Assembly (NCBI GenBank): GCA_046761065.1
Contig: JBHIFL010000038.1
Span: 1-41,353, forward strand
Direction of reading: 5' to 3'
DNA from: Candidatus Heimdallarchaeota archaeon
GTDB taxonomy: Archaea > Asgardarchaeota > Wukongarchaeia > Wukongarchaeales > JBHIFL01
DNA length: 41,353 nt
Each line of letters opens with the position of its first letter. Position 1 is the first letter of the stretch. Made by a program: the position numbers and the translations under genes. This document shows positions 1-9,686 of the stretch, piece after piece. The notes beneath the pieces are model-generated. The model ran no database searches, had not been told where the DNA came from, and saw only the letters and a list, made by a program, of their open reading frames with translations.

Positions 1-2
1 AA

Positions 3-284
3 CAAGTAACTGTAGAGCATTACTTCATTGCTTCAATGTTCCCATTTTGGAGTGGGGGGCGGATCATCCATGACCCAAACTTCACGGCCTATTCGAATCC
101 CGAAGCAATCCCAGAAACCACTACGGAAGCCCCCAAGACGACTACGGAAGCTCCTGAAACTACAACTGAAACCCCCCAAGTCAGTGAATTTTCCTTGCCG
201 TTCAAGTTCGAACTTCTGCTCCCAGTAATTGTTGGAGTTCCTATGTTGCTATTTGTTGGAAAACGTCAGAAAAGAAATGGTTAA
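3..284 (+). CDS. 3' end of a cell-surface protein (truncated by window edge) with a Thr-rich linker and PEF-CTERM-like anchor (VSEF + TM + basic tail)
   Basis: The frame is open from position 3 (QVTVEHYFIASMFPFWSGGRIIHDP...). It carries PETTTEA-type repeats, then QVSEF, hydrophobic LLLPVIVGVPMLLFVG and basic KRQKR. Confidence 0.75.
   Translation, partial: QVTVEHYFIASMFPFWSGGRIIHDPNFTAYSNPEAIPETTTEAPKTTTEAPETTTETPQVSEFSLPFKFELLLPVIVGVPMLLFVGKRQKRNG
111..173 (+). repeat. Three imperfect 21-bp tandem repeats encoding PETTTEA/PKTTTEA/PETTTET
   Basis: Units read ccagaaaccactacggaagcc / cccaagacgactacggaagct / cctgaaactacaactgaaacc. Confidence 0.9.
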
Positions 285-295
285 TATATATATTC

Positions 296-313
296 CCTCT
301 TTTTTCTTTTTTC
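296..313 (+). terminator. Archaeal oligo-T terminator
   Basis: The T-rich tract cctcttttttcttttttc lies just after the stop at 284. Confidence 0.55.
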
Positions 314-679
314 ATCCTTAGAAAAGCATTCGATTGATCAGAGTTTTTTAACCATTACTCGATTTCGTTAAACGAATAGTTATACAATTACTTAACAAAT
401 ATATAATGTATGATCAACAATTAGAGCCATCAAGTCGCTTTTAGTGGCAGATTGATCCAACTAAAGTATCACATGAAGGATTATTAGCTGTAATCGAGTT
501 AAGGATAATAAACATAAATGAATTGGAAAAAGTTACTAATAAATGCATTTTTGTCTATCTCCCTCCTTTATTTTGTGGAATTAATCCTTTTTATAACGCC
601 AAAAACTTCTCTCACCTTCGCAGGATCAAAAGGACTGAACCCCTCAGTCTTTTCTTTCTAAGCATATAAGTTCTGTTCA

Positions 680-1387
680 ATGTCTGAGGAAGCGAACATT
701 GTGGAAAAATCTTGGAAAGACATTTATGCTGAAAAAAAAGAGGCTGCAGCACTCTTTCAGACAAAACCGAGGCCAATTGTTGAGGAATTTATTGCTTTGC
801 TCCAAGAACGAGGAGGAGGGGAACTCCTTGACCTTGGTTGCGGATATGGGAATTATTTGCCCTATTTTTCAAGGCGAGGTTTTTCGGTAATAGGTTCGGA
901 CATATCGACCATTGCATTACGGGTTGCTAGAAAGCGCCTATCGCGGCCAAACCAAGATAATATTTGCTTGATACTCCACGACATGCGGGTTTTACCGTTC
1001 TGTGACGAAAGCTTTGTTGGGATCTTTAGTATGAATACAATCTACCATGCAACCATGACTGAGGTACAGAGAGTAGTAAGCGAGATCTACCGTGTTCTTA
1101 AAGATAAGGGAGTTTGCTTGGTAACCCTCTTGTCTGATACTGATTTCAAGTTTGATAGAACATTACTGACTGGAAAAAAGACGCTCCAGACCGATACAGA
1201 ATTTGAAAAAGGAGTTGTTCATTCTTTCTTTAATCGGGAAGACGCTTGTGCTTTATTGGCAAATTTTGAGATAATAAAACTTGAAAAAGAAGATATCCGA
1301 TTCGAAAATCGAGTATCAAGCCATTGGTTTGCTCTTATTCGCAAGAACTCGCCGATAGGTGATGACATCACTAAACATCTTAGCTGA
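680..1387 (+). CDS. Class I SAM-dependent methyltransferase
   Basis: Motif I LLDLGCGYG, acidic GSDIS, DMRVLPF..ESF and EIYRVLKDKG. Confidence 0.9.
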   Translation: MSEEANIVEKSWKDIYAEKKEAAALFQTKPRPIVEEFIALLQERGGGELLDLGCGYGNYLPYFSRRGFSVIGSDISTIALRVARKRLSRPNQDNICLILHDMRVLPFCDESFVGIFSMNTIYHATMTEVQRVVSEIYRVLKDKGVCLVTLLSDTDFKFDRTLLTGKKTLQTDTEFEKGVVHSFFNREDACALLANFEIIKLEKEDIRFENRVSSHWFALIRKNSPIGDDITKHLS

Positions 1388-1658
1388 TAGAGGTAAAAAT
1401 TATAAGAATTTATTGGCTATTAAGAAAAAGTAGGAAATAGAAATCGATGGATAGTAAATTAAGCTCATGAATAAATGAGTGGTATTACGGTTATCTGACC
1501 ATTGAGTTACGCTAAACGGACTGAAACCGAGTTACTCATCCTGAAGAAGAGTTCATTTCAAATGGATTTTCGGGAATCAGGCGTACTAATCCTACGATAG
1601 GTAATTAGTTCTGCACATTATTGAAGATCTCAACCTCATTTCACATTGGCAAGCGAAC

Positions 1659-3002
1659 TTAAGGAGTAATTCGAGTTTTATCACGGGGAAAAAGGCAGGC
1701 TTCGCGGACGTTCTCTAATCGCAGAGTCTGCATTGTCATCCGTTCTGCTCCTATCGCTAACCCCCCATGAGGGGGCATCGCATACTTGAACGGCTCCAAA
1801 TAGTATTCAAACCCTGTACTTATACCTACATGCTGCTCCAATTTTTGGATTAAAAGCTCGTAGGAGTGAATTCGCTGACTACCAGTTGTGACTTCTAGAC
1901 CGCGTAGAAGAAGGTCAAAGCTTTCGGTGTATCCAGGACGATCAGAACTCGGCATTGTGTAAAACGGTCTTTTCCCCTCCGGGAAGTGGGTTACAAAAAC
2001 GAATTCACTGTCAAATGTGTCTATTGCATAATTACAAATATTTTTCTCGTCTTGAGGGCTTAAATCATCCCCTTCTGCCTTTTCTAAGATTTCAAAGGCC
2101 TCTTTGAACGCAATTTTTGGAATGCGGTTTGGTACCACGGGAATTGTCGAGTGATACTGCTTTGTCACAATTTCTTCATGTTCTTCAAAGAGTTTCCTGA
2201 ACATATACTGGAGCAACGCATTCTCCAGATCCATAACTTCATCTAATGATTTGATAAATCCCATTTCATAATCAAGACTTAAGTACTCGTTGAGATGCCG
2301 CACTGTTTTATGGGGTTCGGCGCGAAAGACCGGAGCCACTTCGAAAACCCGCTCAAAACCAGCTCCAACAAGCATCTGTTTATAAAATTGGGGGCTTTGA
2401 GCCAAATACGCAGTTTCGTCAAAATAAGCTACCTTAAACAGCTCGGTTCCGCCTTCGGTCCCTGTGGCGACGATTTTTGGAGAATGGACCTCAATAAAAT
2501 CATTTGCTGTCAGGAACTCTCTAAACGCCCGAACGATAGATTCTTGGACTTTAAAGATCGCTCGTACCTCCATTCGCCGCAAGTCAAGGGTTCTATGATC
2601 GAGTCGTGTGTCGAGACCGGTCGTAGATAAGACAAGATCATCTGAGATAGGGAGGGGTAATGGGGTTGCGGCTTTACTTAAAACCCATAGCTTGCTCCCT
2701 AGGATTTCAAATTCTTGCGCTACTCGCTCGTCTTTGATCGTTCCTGGTTCAATAGCTCGGACTATCCCATCAACTTCTATAACATCTTGTAGGTTAAGGT
2801 TTCGAGCCTGTTCAACCAATTCCTCCCGAAAAATAACTTGCATTTTCCCATCCCGATCTTGGAGAAGGACAAAGACGATCTTCCCAAGATCTCTTACCTG
2901 ATAAACCCAACCCGCTATCTGGACTTCTTCGCCATCATTGTACTGAGAAAGTTGAGCCGTCGTCTTGCGAGTCAGCATCCTAGTTCTCCTCTTTTCTTTC
3001 AT
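1659..3002 (-). CDS. aspS: Aspartyl-tRNA synthetase, short archaeal/AspRS2 type (start possibly ATG 2978)
   Basis: OB fold GWVYQVRDLG, GTEGGTELF, YLAQSPQFYKQ, motif 2 FRAE..RHLNEY, motif 3 PPHGGLAIGAER and LFPRD. Confidence 0.95.
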   Translation of the reverse strand: MKEKRRTRMLTRKTTAQLSQYNDGEEVQIAGWVYQVRDLGKIVFVLLQDRDGKMQVIFREELVEQARNLNLQDVIEVDGIVRAIEPGTIKDERVAQEFEILGSKLWVLSKAATPLPLPISDDLVLSTTGLDTRLDHRTLDLRRMEVRAIFKVQESIVRAFREFLTANDFIEVHSPKIVATGTEGGTELFKVAYFDETAYLAQSPQFYKQMLVGAGFERVFEVAPVFRAEPHKTVRHLNEYLSLDYEMGFIKSLDEVMDLENALLQYMFRKLFEEHEEIVTKQYHSTIPVVPNRIPKIAFKEAFEILEKAEGDDLSPQDEKNICNYAIDTFDSEFVFVTHFPEGKRPFYTMPSSDRPGYTESFDLLLRGLEVTTGSQRIHSYELLIQKLEQHVGISTGFEYYLEPFKYAMPPHGGLAIGAERMTMQTLRLENVREACLFPRDKTRITP

Positions 3003-3399
3003 TACGTTACGATGAATATTTTTAGTAATACCTCGCTTTATTACTTCAATTACCTAACTTCTCAAGTTGTCCCAAAGATGTTTGGGGCCTTATCATGCAA
3101 ATCTCGTTGTTAAACCCATTGTCAAAAAAGAGTTTAATGTTTTTTTTGGCGTGTACTACACTTACATTATATCCTATGGATGAGACACGTCTTCGGTTGT
3201 TGACACACTGATTAGAGTCACGGACCGATCCCAAAGTTACATTTCGTATTTTCTCAGTTATTCAACAAGTTTGGCTGGATTAGGCTTAGTTGGCTTCTTT
3301 TAGAGAAATCCTCGCACAGTTCCTTTTTGTAGAGGTAGTTCACAAAATTATCATCACTTATTTATAGGTGGTATATTACCCAAGATTGAGGTTAATTAT

Positions 3400-4482
3400 A
3401 TGGATCAGCACGAATTAGAAATTCTCAAGGAACTGACAGAATCTTTTGGTCCTCCAGGATTTGAAAATGAAACTGCTATGATTGTAAAGAAATTTACTAC
3501 GGAGTTTGCTGACGAAATCCTGACAGACAAGCTCGGTTCAGTTGTATTTAAGCTCAAAGGAAGTACAGAAAAACCCACGATTATGATTCCCGGTCATATA
3601 GACGAGGTTGGATTTGTTTTATCAGGGATTGATAAAAGTGGATTTTTAACTTTTGACCCTTTAGGCGGGTGGTTTGATCAAGTCCTTCTAGGACAGAGAG
3701 TAACGATTCGAACACACAAAGGAGATCGATTAGGGTTAGTAGCAACCAAGCCTCCCCACGTGTTGGACCCTGAAGAACGAAAAAAAGTTATAACAAAAGA
3801 CAAAATGTTTATTGATTGTGGATGTTCTAGTAAAGAAGAAGCAGAAGAGGATGGTTTCAGAATAGGCGATCCGGTAGTGCCTGTGAGCCCGTTTTCGCTA
3901 ATTCGTAACAGTACGATCGCAGTGGGCAAGGCGTTTGACGACCGGATTGGCGCGTTTGCTGCGATGATAGCCTTGAAACGTGTAAAGGAGCAAGGGATTG
4001 ATCATCCAAACACTGTTGTAGGAGTTGCAACAACCCAAGAGGAAGTTGGTCTAAGAGGCGCCCGAACTGCTGTCTATTTAGTTGATCCGGATGTCGCTTT
4101 TATCTGTGAGGTCGATATCAGTGGTGATGTTCCAGGGATAAAAGCCTATGAGGCCCCTGCAAAGATGGGACAAGGAGTCTCAATATTAACATATGACGGG
4201 AGCCTTATCCCCCCACAACCGCTGAAAGATTTTGTGATAAAGGTCGCAGAAGACAAAAAAATCCAATATCAACTGTCTGGAATGGCTCGTGGAGGTACAG
4301 ATGGTGGAGTCATTCACATTAGCCGTATAGGTGTTCCATCTATAGTATTGGGGGTACCTACAAGACACATTCATTCACATGCGGGCATGTTAGCTATTGA
4401 AGATATCGAAAACATGGTAAACTTACTAATAGAATTAATACAACAAATCGATTCTAATACTATCGAAGGCTTCACAATCTAA
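3400..4482 (+). CDS. M42 family aminopeptidase (TET/FrvX-like)
   Basis: GPPGFE, HIDEVG, GKAFDDRIG, QEEVGLRGA, GGTDG and PTRHIHS; GAGGT RBS upstream. Confidence 0.95.
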   Translation: MDQHELEILKELTESFGPPGFENETAMIVKKFTTEFADEILTDKLGSVVFKLKGSTEKPTIMIPGHIDEVGFVLSGIDKSGFLTFDPLGGWFDQVLLGQRVTIRTHKGDRLGLVATKPPHVLDPEERKKVITKDKMFIDCGCSSKEEAEEDGFRIGDPVVPVSPFSLIRNSTIAVGKAFDDRIGAFAAMIALKRVKEQGIDHPNTVVGVATTQEEVGLRGARTAVYLVDPDVAFICEVDISGDVPGIKAYEAPAKMGQGVSILTYDGSLIPPQPLKDFVIKVAEDKKIQYQLSGMARGGTDGGVIHISRIGVPSIVLGVPTRHIHSHAGMLAIEDIENMVNLLIELIQQIDSNTIEGFTI

Positions 4483-4632
4483 GAATACCATAATGGACCA
4501 AAATTAGTGAACACTACTGACTCTTTTGTGCCCGATTACTGGTTAGTTCTTAACTTACAGCCTAATTTGCTGTATTTAAAGACCTATCTAAGAAGAATCT
4601 CGATTAAAAGCGATTATAATCGTTTGATCAAG

Positions 4633-5154
4633 CTATCCTTTTGAATCGTGTGAACTTTCATTGGGAGCTGGAGGGCTCTCCATCTCCTTGGGGGAGAGTT
4701 CAAAGACATAATCGGCACTATTTTTTAATGCTACGGCAAACCCCGGTTCAAACCCAAGAATTGCTGTCTCAATGCCTTTTTCTTTAACTTTTCTCAAAAG
4801 AGGCGCACATCTAGCATGTCGTGAAGCAATTGCTAGAACTTGTGTGTCATTCAAGTAGATTAAATTATATGCATCAACTGCCATGGTAATATGGATGTCT
4901 TGAGTCACCATAACTGGTTCGAAGCCGCTATTTGTTACAGCTTGAACTAACTTTACAGGCGCGTTGGTGTCCAAATAGACTTTAGCTATCACAATATTAC
5001 CCAACTGAGCTGCTGCTTCCTCAATGTCCTCTAATTTCACCTGTCGTCCGTCAAACTTGCGAAGAATATTAGGACCATCGACAAGTAGAGCTACATCTTT
5101 CTCACGTTTTAGGACACTTTTGATCATCGACCAGGTCGATTTCTTTTTAGACAT
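4633..5154 (-). CDS. NYN (PIN-like) domain protein, archaeal TIGR00288-like
   Basis: ALLVDGPNILRK, AKVYLD..AP.KLVQAV.NSGFEP and GFEPGF..ALKNSAD. ATG 5154 is preceded by GGTGG. Several downstream NYN Asp positions appear substituted (DIHI, SRHARC). Confidence 0.85.
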   Translation of the reverse strand: MSKKKSTWSMIKSVLKREKDVALLVDGPNILRKFDGRQVKLEDIEEAAAQLGNIVIAKVYLDTNAPVKLVQAVTNSGFEPVMVTQDIHITMAVDAYNLIYLNDTQVLAIASRHARCAPLLRKVKEKGIETAILGFEPGFAVALKNSADYVFELSPKEMESPPAPNESSHDSKG

Positions 5155-5711
5155 ATTACCCACCAGTGACAACCGGTTCAACCAAAAACCTTGGACTCCA
5201 TATTTTTTCTGTTTTGGCTTCCAAGAGTTCTAAAACCATTTATATCTGAATCGATGATAAATTTTAATCTTATTCATTTTCAATGTTTCTTTCTTCATAA
5301 ACTCTTTGAAGCCACCTATTGAATTGAGATGCTTGAATTTATAGGGTTGATTTGACTCATTTCAATCTTTCTTTTAGTTCTCTATATCTTATTAGATTCT
5401 TTCTCTGAAAAGCGTTCTCTTTTATTCTATATCCTTTTTAGCATTCTCTAGGGGAAAACACTTATGTATACAGAAGGATTTCTTTTATCTACGCAATACA
5501 ATGAAGTTTCTTCTAATTCTTGATAAAGAGTTTTAAAATGAATATTGTGGAGCCAGATACTTAAGGTTATCCACTTCTGGGCAATATAAAACTGCTATGA
5601 ATTAATAGCGTGTGTATCCATTGTATCATATGCTTTGCATACCAATATTCATCTTGTCCCATTTGATTTTCTCTACCAAATATTTAGTTGGAGAATGGTT
5701 TAAAAATTAAT

Positions 5712-5933
5712 TCAGAACTCTGAAAGTATCCGTGTGTAGATCTTGGATGTGTAAGATCCCCTAGCTAGCTGGGGAAGAATAATGACCTCATCCCATTTGT
5801 TGATTAAAGCTTTCAATTTGGCAATCTTTCCATTAATCAGGACAATATATGAGGTAGCCAATCCTAATTCCAGTAAAAATGCTTCCACGGTCTTTCTATT
5901 ATCATAAATTATCCACTTTACGATTGTTTCCAT
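5712..5933 (-). pseudogene. Degenerate MoaD/ThiS/SAMP-like beta-grasp protein
   Basis: TVEAFLLELGL..IVLING..L..DEVIILPQLA-RG is the MoaD/ThiS pattern, but GG is replaced by RG (AGG GGA) and followed by a 14-aa tail. An in-frame TAG lies 7 codons upstream of the ATG. Confidence 0.5.
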
Positions 5934-6318
5934 CGTCGATAATGTCTCTTTCTATCCACGAGCTATAGGAAAATAAAAGTTACCCTTCCTTCTTTCTTAA
6001 AAGTGGGTCACCCTTCTTAGTTCACAAATCTAATATGGAAAATCAGAATAGATTACACGGTTTTTGGTAATGATTCGCCTAGTTGGAGCTTTTGGCTGAT
6101 ATTTTGGTAGAGATTACTCCAAATAGACTTGACCCGATTCTTAAATAATTGTTAGATTTGATTTGCAAGTTCGATTGAATTATTGGTGCCATTTTTTACT
6201 AGTAGAAAGAATTATTTAAATCACCAAAACCCCTTCTATTCTGTAGAAAATGATCATACAGGCAAGGAAATACATCGTGTCTTCAGATGGTACTAGATAA
6301 TATAATTGAGGGAAATCT

Positions 6319-7605
6319 TTGGCTGGAATTCAGATAAACCAACTGGATATGTGGTTGAACCGAGAAATTGGGAAAAAACTTAAACAGAATACCAGAACCG
6401 CACAAAAATTAGTACAGGAAGGACTAGCAATTATTAGGGACATAACAAATGCCATAAGGAAGATTGAAGACTATGTGACATCCGAATTGAGGAAAGGATC
6501 TGAACAACTTGTCAGAACAACTAAAACGAGATCAGAGTACAAAGTCGCTCGTCATCTAAATAAGTTTTCGGAAGCGTTCCAGGTAATGCTGAAGAGTCTG
6601 AAAGTCTCTGACCCGCAAAATCCGGATTACAATACTCTTCGTCAATTTCATGATTCTTCATTACAATTTGCAAGGGATGCAAAAACACTATTTTCTAAAT
6701 ATCGTGTTATCCTAGCTGCTCCATGGATCCGCTCTCGAAAAGAAATCAAAGATTTGCACAGTTCACTTATAGCCTTCGGGAAGAAGATGGCTGAGCTCAA
6801 ACAATTCAGCGATGAAACATTCTCATTGAACCGAGAAGCGGAGGTATTTTTACGACGGTCTTCACAACTCCGAACACAACATCAGAAGCTGAATGAAATT
6901 ATCCGAGAACTAAATGAGTTGCAAAAGGAGGAAATTGTGGTATTAAAACGAAAAAGAGAGCTTGAAAGCCAGATAAAGGTACTGCAGAAAGATCCAAACT
7001 TTCAAGAATGGGAGAATATTCAACGAGCAAAGTATGAACTAGAACAGAAGATCCGAAAGATAATCAGACCGTTGAAAAGGGCTTTGAAAAAAATTGAAAC
7101 CCAAGCTGATGCGGTTCAAGAATTTTTCACACCTCGAGCAATGGAACAAATTGGGAATTATTTAGAAGATCCCTACCAAGCTTATATTATGGACAATAAT
7201 AGCCCAAACGTGCTGATTGAGGTTGCACGGGGCATCAAAGAGAGTATTCAAACAGGAAAGTTGGTTATCGATAAATCTCGTGGGCGGAAGGGTATAGCAG
7301 CCGCAGAACGCTTGATCCAAAATCCTCGACTTGTTCATAACCCGATAGAAGCGCAGAGGAAACTGGAAGCAGACATCGAGCAGTTCCGCTCCTCCTCCGA
7401 AACTGCGATATTATTTCAAGAAATAAGCGGTATTGAAGCTCAACTGAAGGATGTCGAGAGTAAACTCCAAGAGATAGCTCGAAGAAAGAAACGTATTAAA
7501 ACTCGAATGGCGAAAGACCAAAAACTCCTAGCTAAGCAAATGAACGAATTGGAAAATATGGGAAAAAAGCTTACAGGGGAGATTTTAAAAATAGATAATA
7601 TTTAA
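6319..7605 (+). CDS. Helical/coiled-coil hypothetical protein (no Walker A)
   Basis: 428-aa ORF with long K/E/Q/L heptad stretches; TTG start after GAGGGA. Confidence 0.75.
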   Translation: MAGIQINQLDMWLNREIGKKLKQNTRTAQKLVQEGLAIIRDITNAIRKIEDYVTSELRKGSEQLVRTTKTRSEYKVARHLNKFSEAFQVMLKSLKVSDPQNPDYNTLRQFHDSSLQFARDAKTLFSKYRVILAAPWIRSRKEIKDLHSSLIAFGKKMAELKQFSDETFSLNREAEVFLRRSSQLRTQHQKLNEIIRELNELQKEEIVVLKRKRELESQIKVLQKDPNFQEWENIQRAKYELEQKIRKIIRPLKRALKKIETQADAVQEFFTPRAMEQIGNYLEDPYQAYIMDNNSPNVLIEVARGIKESIQTGKLVIDKSRGRKGIAAAERLIQNPRLVHNPIEAQRKLEADIEQFRSSSETAILFQEISGIEAQLKDVESKLQEIARRKKRIKTRMAKDQKLLAKQMNELENMGKKLTGEILKIDNI

Positions 7606-7661
7606 AACCCTAAATTCACGTCTTCTCCTGAGAGTAAATGCGTAAGTCTCATCCCATTCTA

Positions 7662-8387
7662 TTAGCTTTGAAGAACTTGCTTGATCTTAGCAATGTATTC
7701 CCCTAACTTTTGCTCCTTTGGTACTACAACAACGAGCGCTCTTTCCTCATCTAACTTATGTAGGAGCAGACTAGCTTGATCCGCTTGTGCCGCAACATAA
7801 TCTACGTAAGGCTGGTCGGCCATGGCAGTAGCAAGGACATAAAGGCCGTTGGCGGCTGCTGCTAAAGCGGCATCATCAATTATGGTTTGAAACGCCAGTG
7901 GGAGCCCTTCGTTTGTTACAATTCCCACAGCTAAAGCCTCCGGAATTGCACGTTTCATTTTTACAGAAATCGTTTCTTCCAAACCGATTGTCACCATTAA
8001 AGCCGAAATCTCTCGAACAGTTGTACGAAGTTTCTCCTGATAGTACTCAACACCCCGAAGTGAAACGATTTCCCGCGCGATATTTGCTAAAATGTTCGCT
8101 TTTTCGCTAGGAACAAGTAAGAACACATTATCTCCAACAAAACAGACGATACTTTCCAGATTTTGATTAAATAGTTTCCGCATACTTCCTGCTGATACAT
8201 TTAACATTGTTGAGGCAATAGGGGCAAGTCTAGTGCTATCAAAAAGCAAATCAGAATCAATTTCTTCACTAAATGATGAAAAAATAGGTTTTCCTTCATT
8301 ATCGGAAATAATGACTCCTTTAATTGATACATCACTAAGTAGGCGTTCCACAAGTTCTTTAGCACGCTCTTCAATTTCAGCTGCCAC
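7662..8387 (-). CDS. Tandem Roadblock/LC7 (LAMTOR/MglB-like) domain protein
   Basis: Two Roadblock repeats: IKGVIISDNEGKPIFS...LAPIASTML and ALAVGIVTNEGLPLA...AALAAAANGL...LVVVVPKEQKLG. Confidence 0.8.
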   Translation of the reverse strand: MAAEIEERAKELVERLLSDVSIKGVIISDNEGKPIFSSFSEEIDSDLLFDSTRLAPIASTMLNVSAGSMRKLFNQNLESIVCFVGDNVFLLVPSEKANILANIAREIVSLRGVEYYQEKLRTTVREISALMVTIGLEETISVKMKRAIPEALAVGIVTNEGLPLAFQTIIDDAALAAAANGLYVLATAMADQPYVDYVAAQADQASLLLHKLDEERALVVVVPKEQKLGEYIAKIKQVLQS

Positions 8388-8754
8388 CTCATGACCTCCA
8401 ACACAGATAATTTATCCATCTAGTATGATTTTCACGGGGCGTTTTTGGATTTAAGGGTTTCTTAATAATTGCTTTACAACTCCTGTTTTAATTGCGGAAG
8501 ATATGCTCGTACTTTTTGATAGTAAGGTTTCATTTGAAGAAAATAAAAATTATATGACTGTATTTCATTTATTGAATTGTTACTATCGTATTAAATGTAT
8601 CACTGGCTTTCTTGTGAATTTACACTCAAATACTAACTGATAATATAAAAAGATGTGGTTGCGAACCACAGGATTCCTCTTAGAATATCAAAACTTCCAA
8701 AAAAATGGAGATAACCGTATTTATTAAGATGTAAAAAAAAGATAGGACAATCAC

Positions 8755-8773
8755 CTTTATATACTATATAAAG
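8755..8773. promoter_or_regulatory. Back-to-back TATA boxes forming a perfect inverted repeat (CTTTATATA-C-TATATAAAG)
   Basis: TTTATATA occurs at 8756-8763 (+) and 8772-8765 (-), in the divergent gap between the Roadblock gene and tbp. Confidence 0.7.
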
Positions 8774-8870
8774 CAGTTCCGTTTTAAATATGCCAGATAT
8801 GTCTCCGGTGGTTCCTTTTTAATATTCACCAAGGAGGGACATTATAAGATTACATCACCCGGAGAAAGCA

Positions 8871-9461
8871 ATGGAGTGTGGTAGCGTGGTAGAAGTTAAT
8901 GTGAAAATTCAAAATGTGGTTGCAACCCTTGATATCTTCCAACATATTGACTTGGAAGACATTACAAGTAAATTACCTCCTTGTATTGATACTCGTTATG
9001 AACCGAAACGGTTCCCTGGAATCATCCTCAAATTCCAAGAACCATCATATCCTTATAGATGCTCAATCCTCCTGTTCAGTACAGGAAAAGCTGTCATAGT
9101 AGGGATGTCCTCAACAACACAGATTCACGAAGTGAAACAAGCTATTGTCGAGATCTTAGCCCAAACTGGGGTTAACATTACCCGCCCTCCCGAGGCTAAA
9201 ATTGTCAATATCGTGGCATCTGGAAGTCTCGGCCGTCAAATCGACCTTGAACTCACCAGTGTTCTTTTAGAAAGCTGTATGTATGAACCTGAACAATTTC
9301 CTGGTCTGATCTATCGGATGAAGTCTCCCCGCACCGTTATTCTTTTATTCAAATCAGGTAACATCGTCTGTACAGGTGCTAAGAGCGATGAAATGGTGGA
9401 AGAATCTGTGAAAAAATTGGAAAATGAATTAGAAGAGCTAGGTGCTTTTATTCCAGATTGA
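8871..9461 (+). CDS. tbp: TATA-box-binding protein
   Basis: Two TBP repeats: IQNVVAT..YEPKRFPG..LLFSTGK and IVNIVASG..YEPEQFPGLIYRM..LLFKSGNIVCTGAKS. Confidence 0.95.
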   Translation: MECGSVVEVNVKIQNVVATLDIFQHIDLEDITSKLPPCIDTRYEPKRFPGIILKFQEPSYPYRCSILLFSTGKAVIVGMSSTTQIHEVKQAIVEILAQTGVNITRPPEAKIVNIVASGSLGRQIDLELTSVLLESCMYEPEQFPGLIYRMKSPRTVILLFKSGNIVCTGAKSDEMVEESVKKLENELEELGAFIPD

Positions 9462-9686
9462 CTTTAGCTCTTATGCATCCTAAGTGCAATGTAGAATTAT
9501 TTGTCTTGAAAGTATTTCAAAATCTTTTATAGATTGGACAACATAAAAAGCGTACAACACATCCCCAAAGACAACTCAACTCGTCCAACTGCTCGTAGGT
9601 TTTCAAACTAGATTACCGTTCCTACAATCAACCTACTCATTCCTTCCCTCATAGGATTTACTCATGAATCGTCAAGGTGAAAACGC

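Noticed and set aside
111-173. Tandem repeat read as CRISPR or a contingency locus
   Set aside because: It is an in-frame degenerate coding linker with no spacers.
2295-3234. Antisense and overlapping short ORFs here and throughout the ORF track (e.g. 19406-19855, 29129-29518, 39291-39617)
   Set aside because: They are shadows of strongly supported genes, with no motifs or ribosome-binding sites.
6319-7605. SMC/Rad50/SbcC or ESCRT-III call for this protein (and SMC for 33288-35108)
   Set aside because: There is no Walker A/B, hinge, Zn-hook or recognisable Snf7 pattern; only coiled-coil composition.
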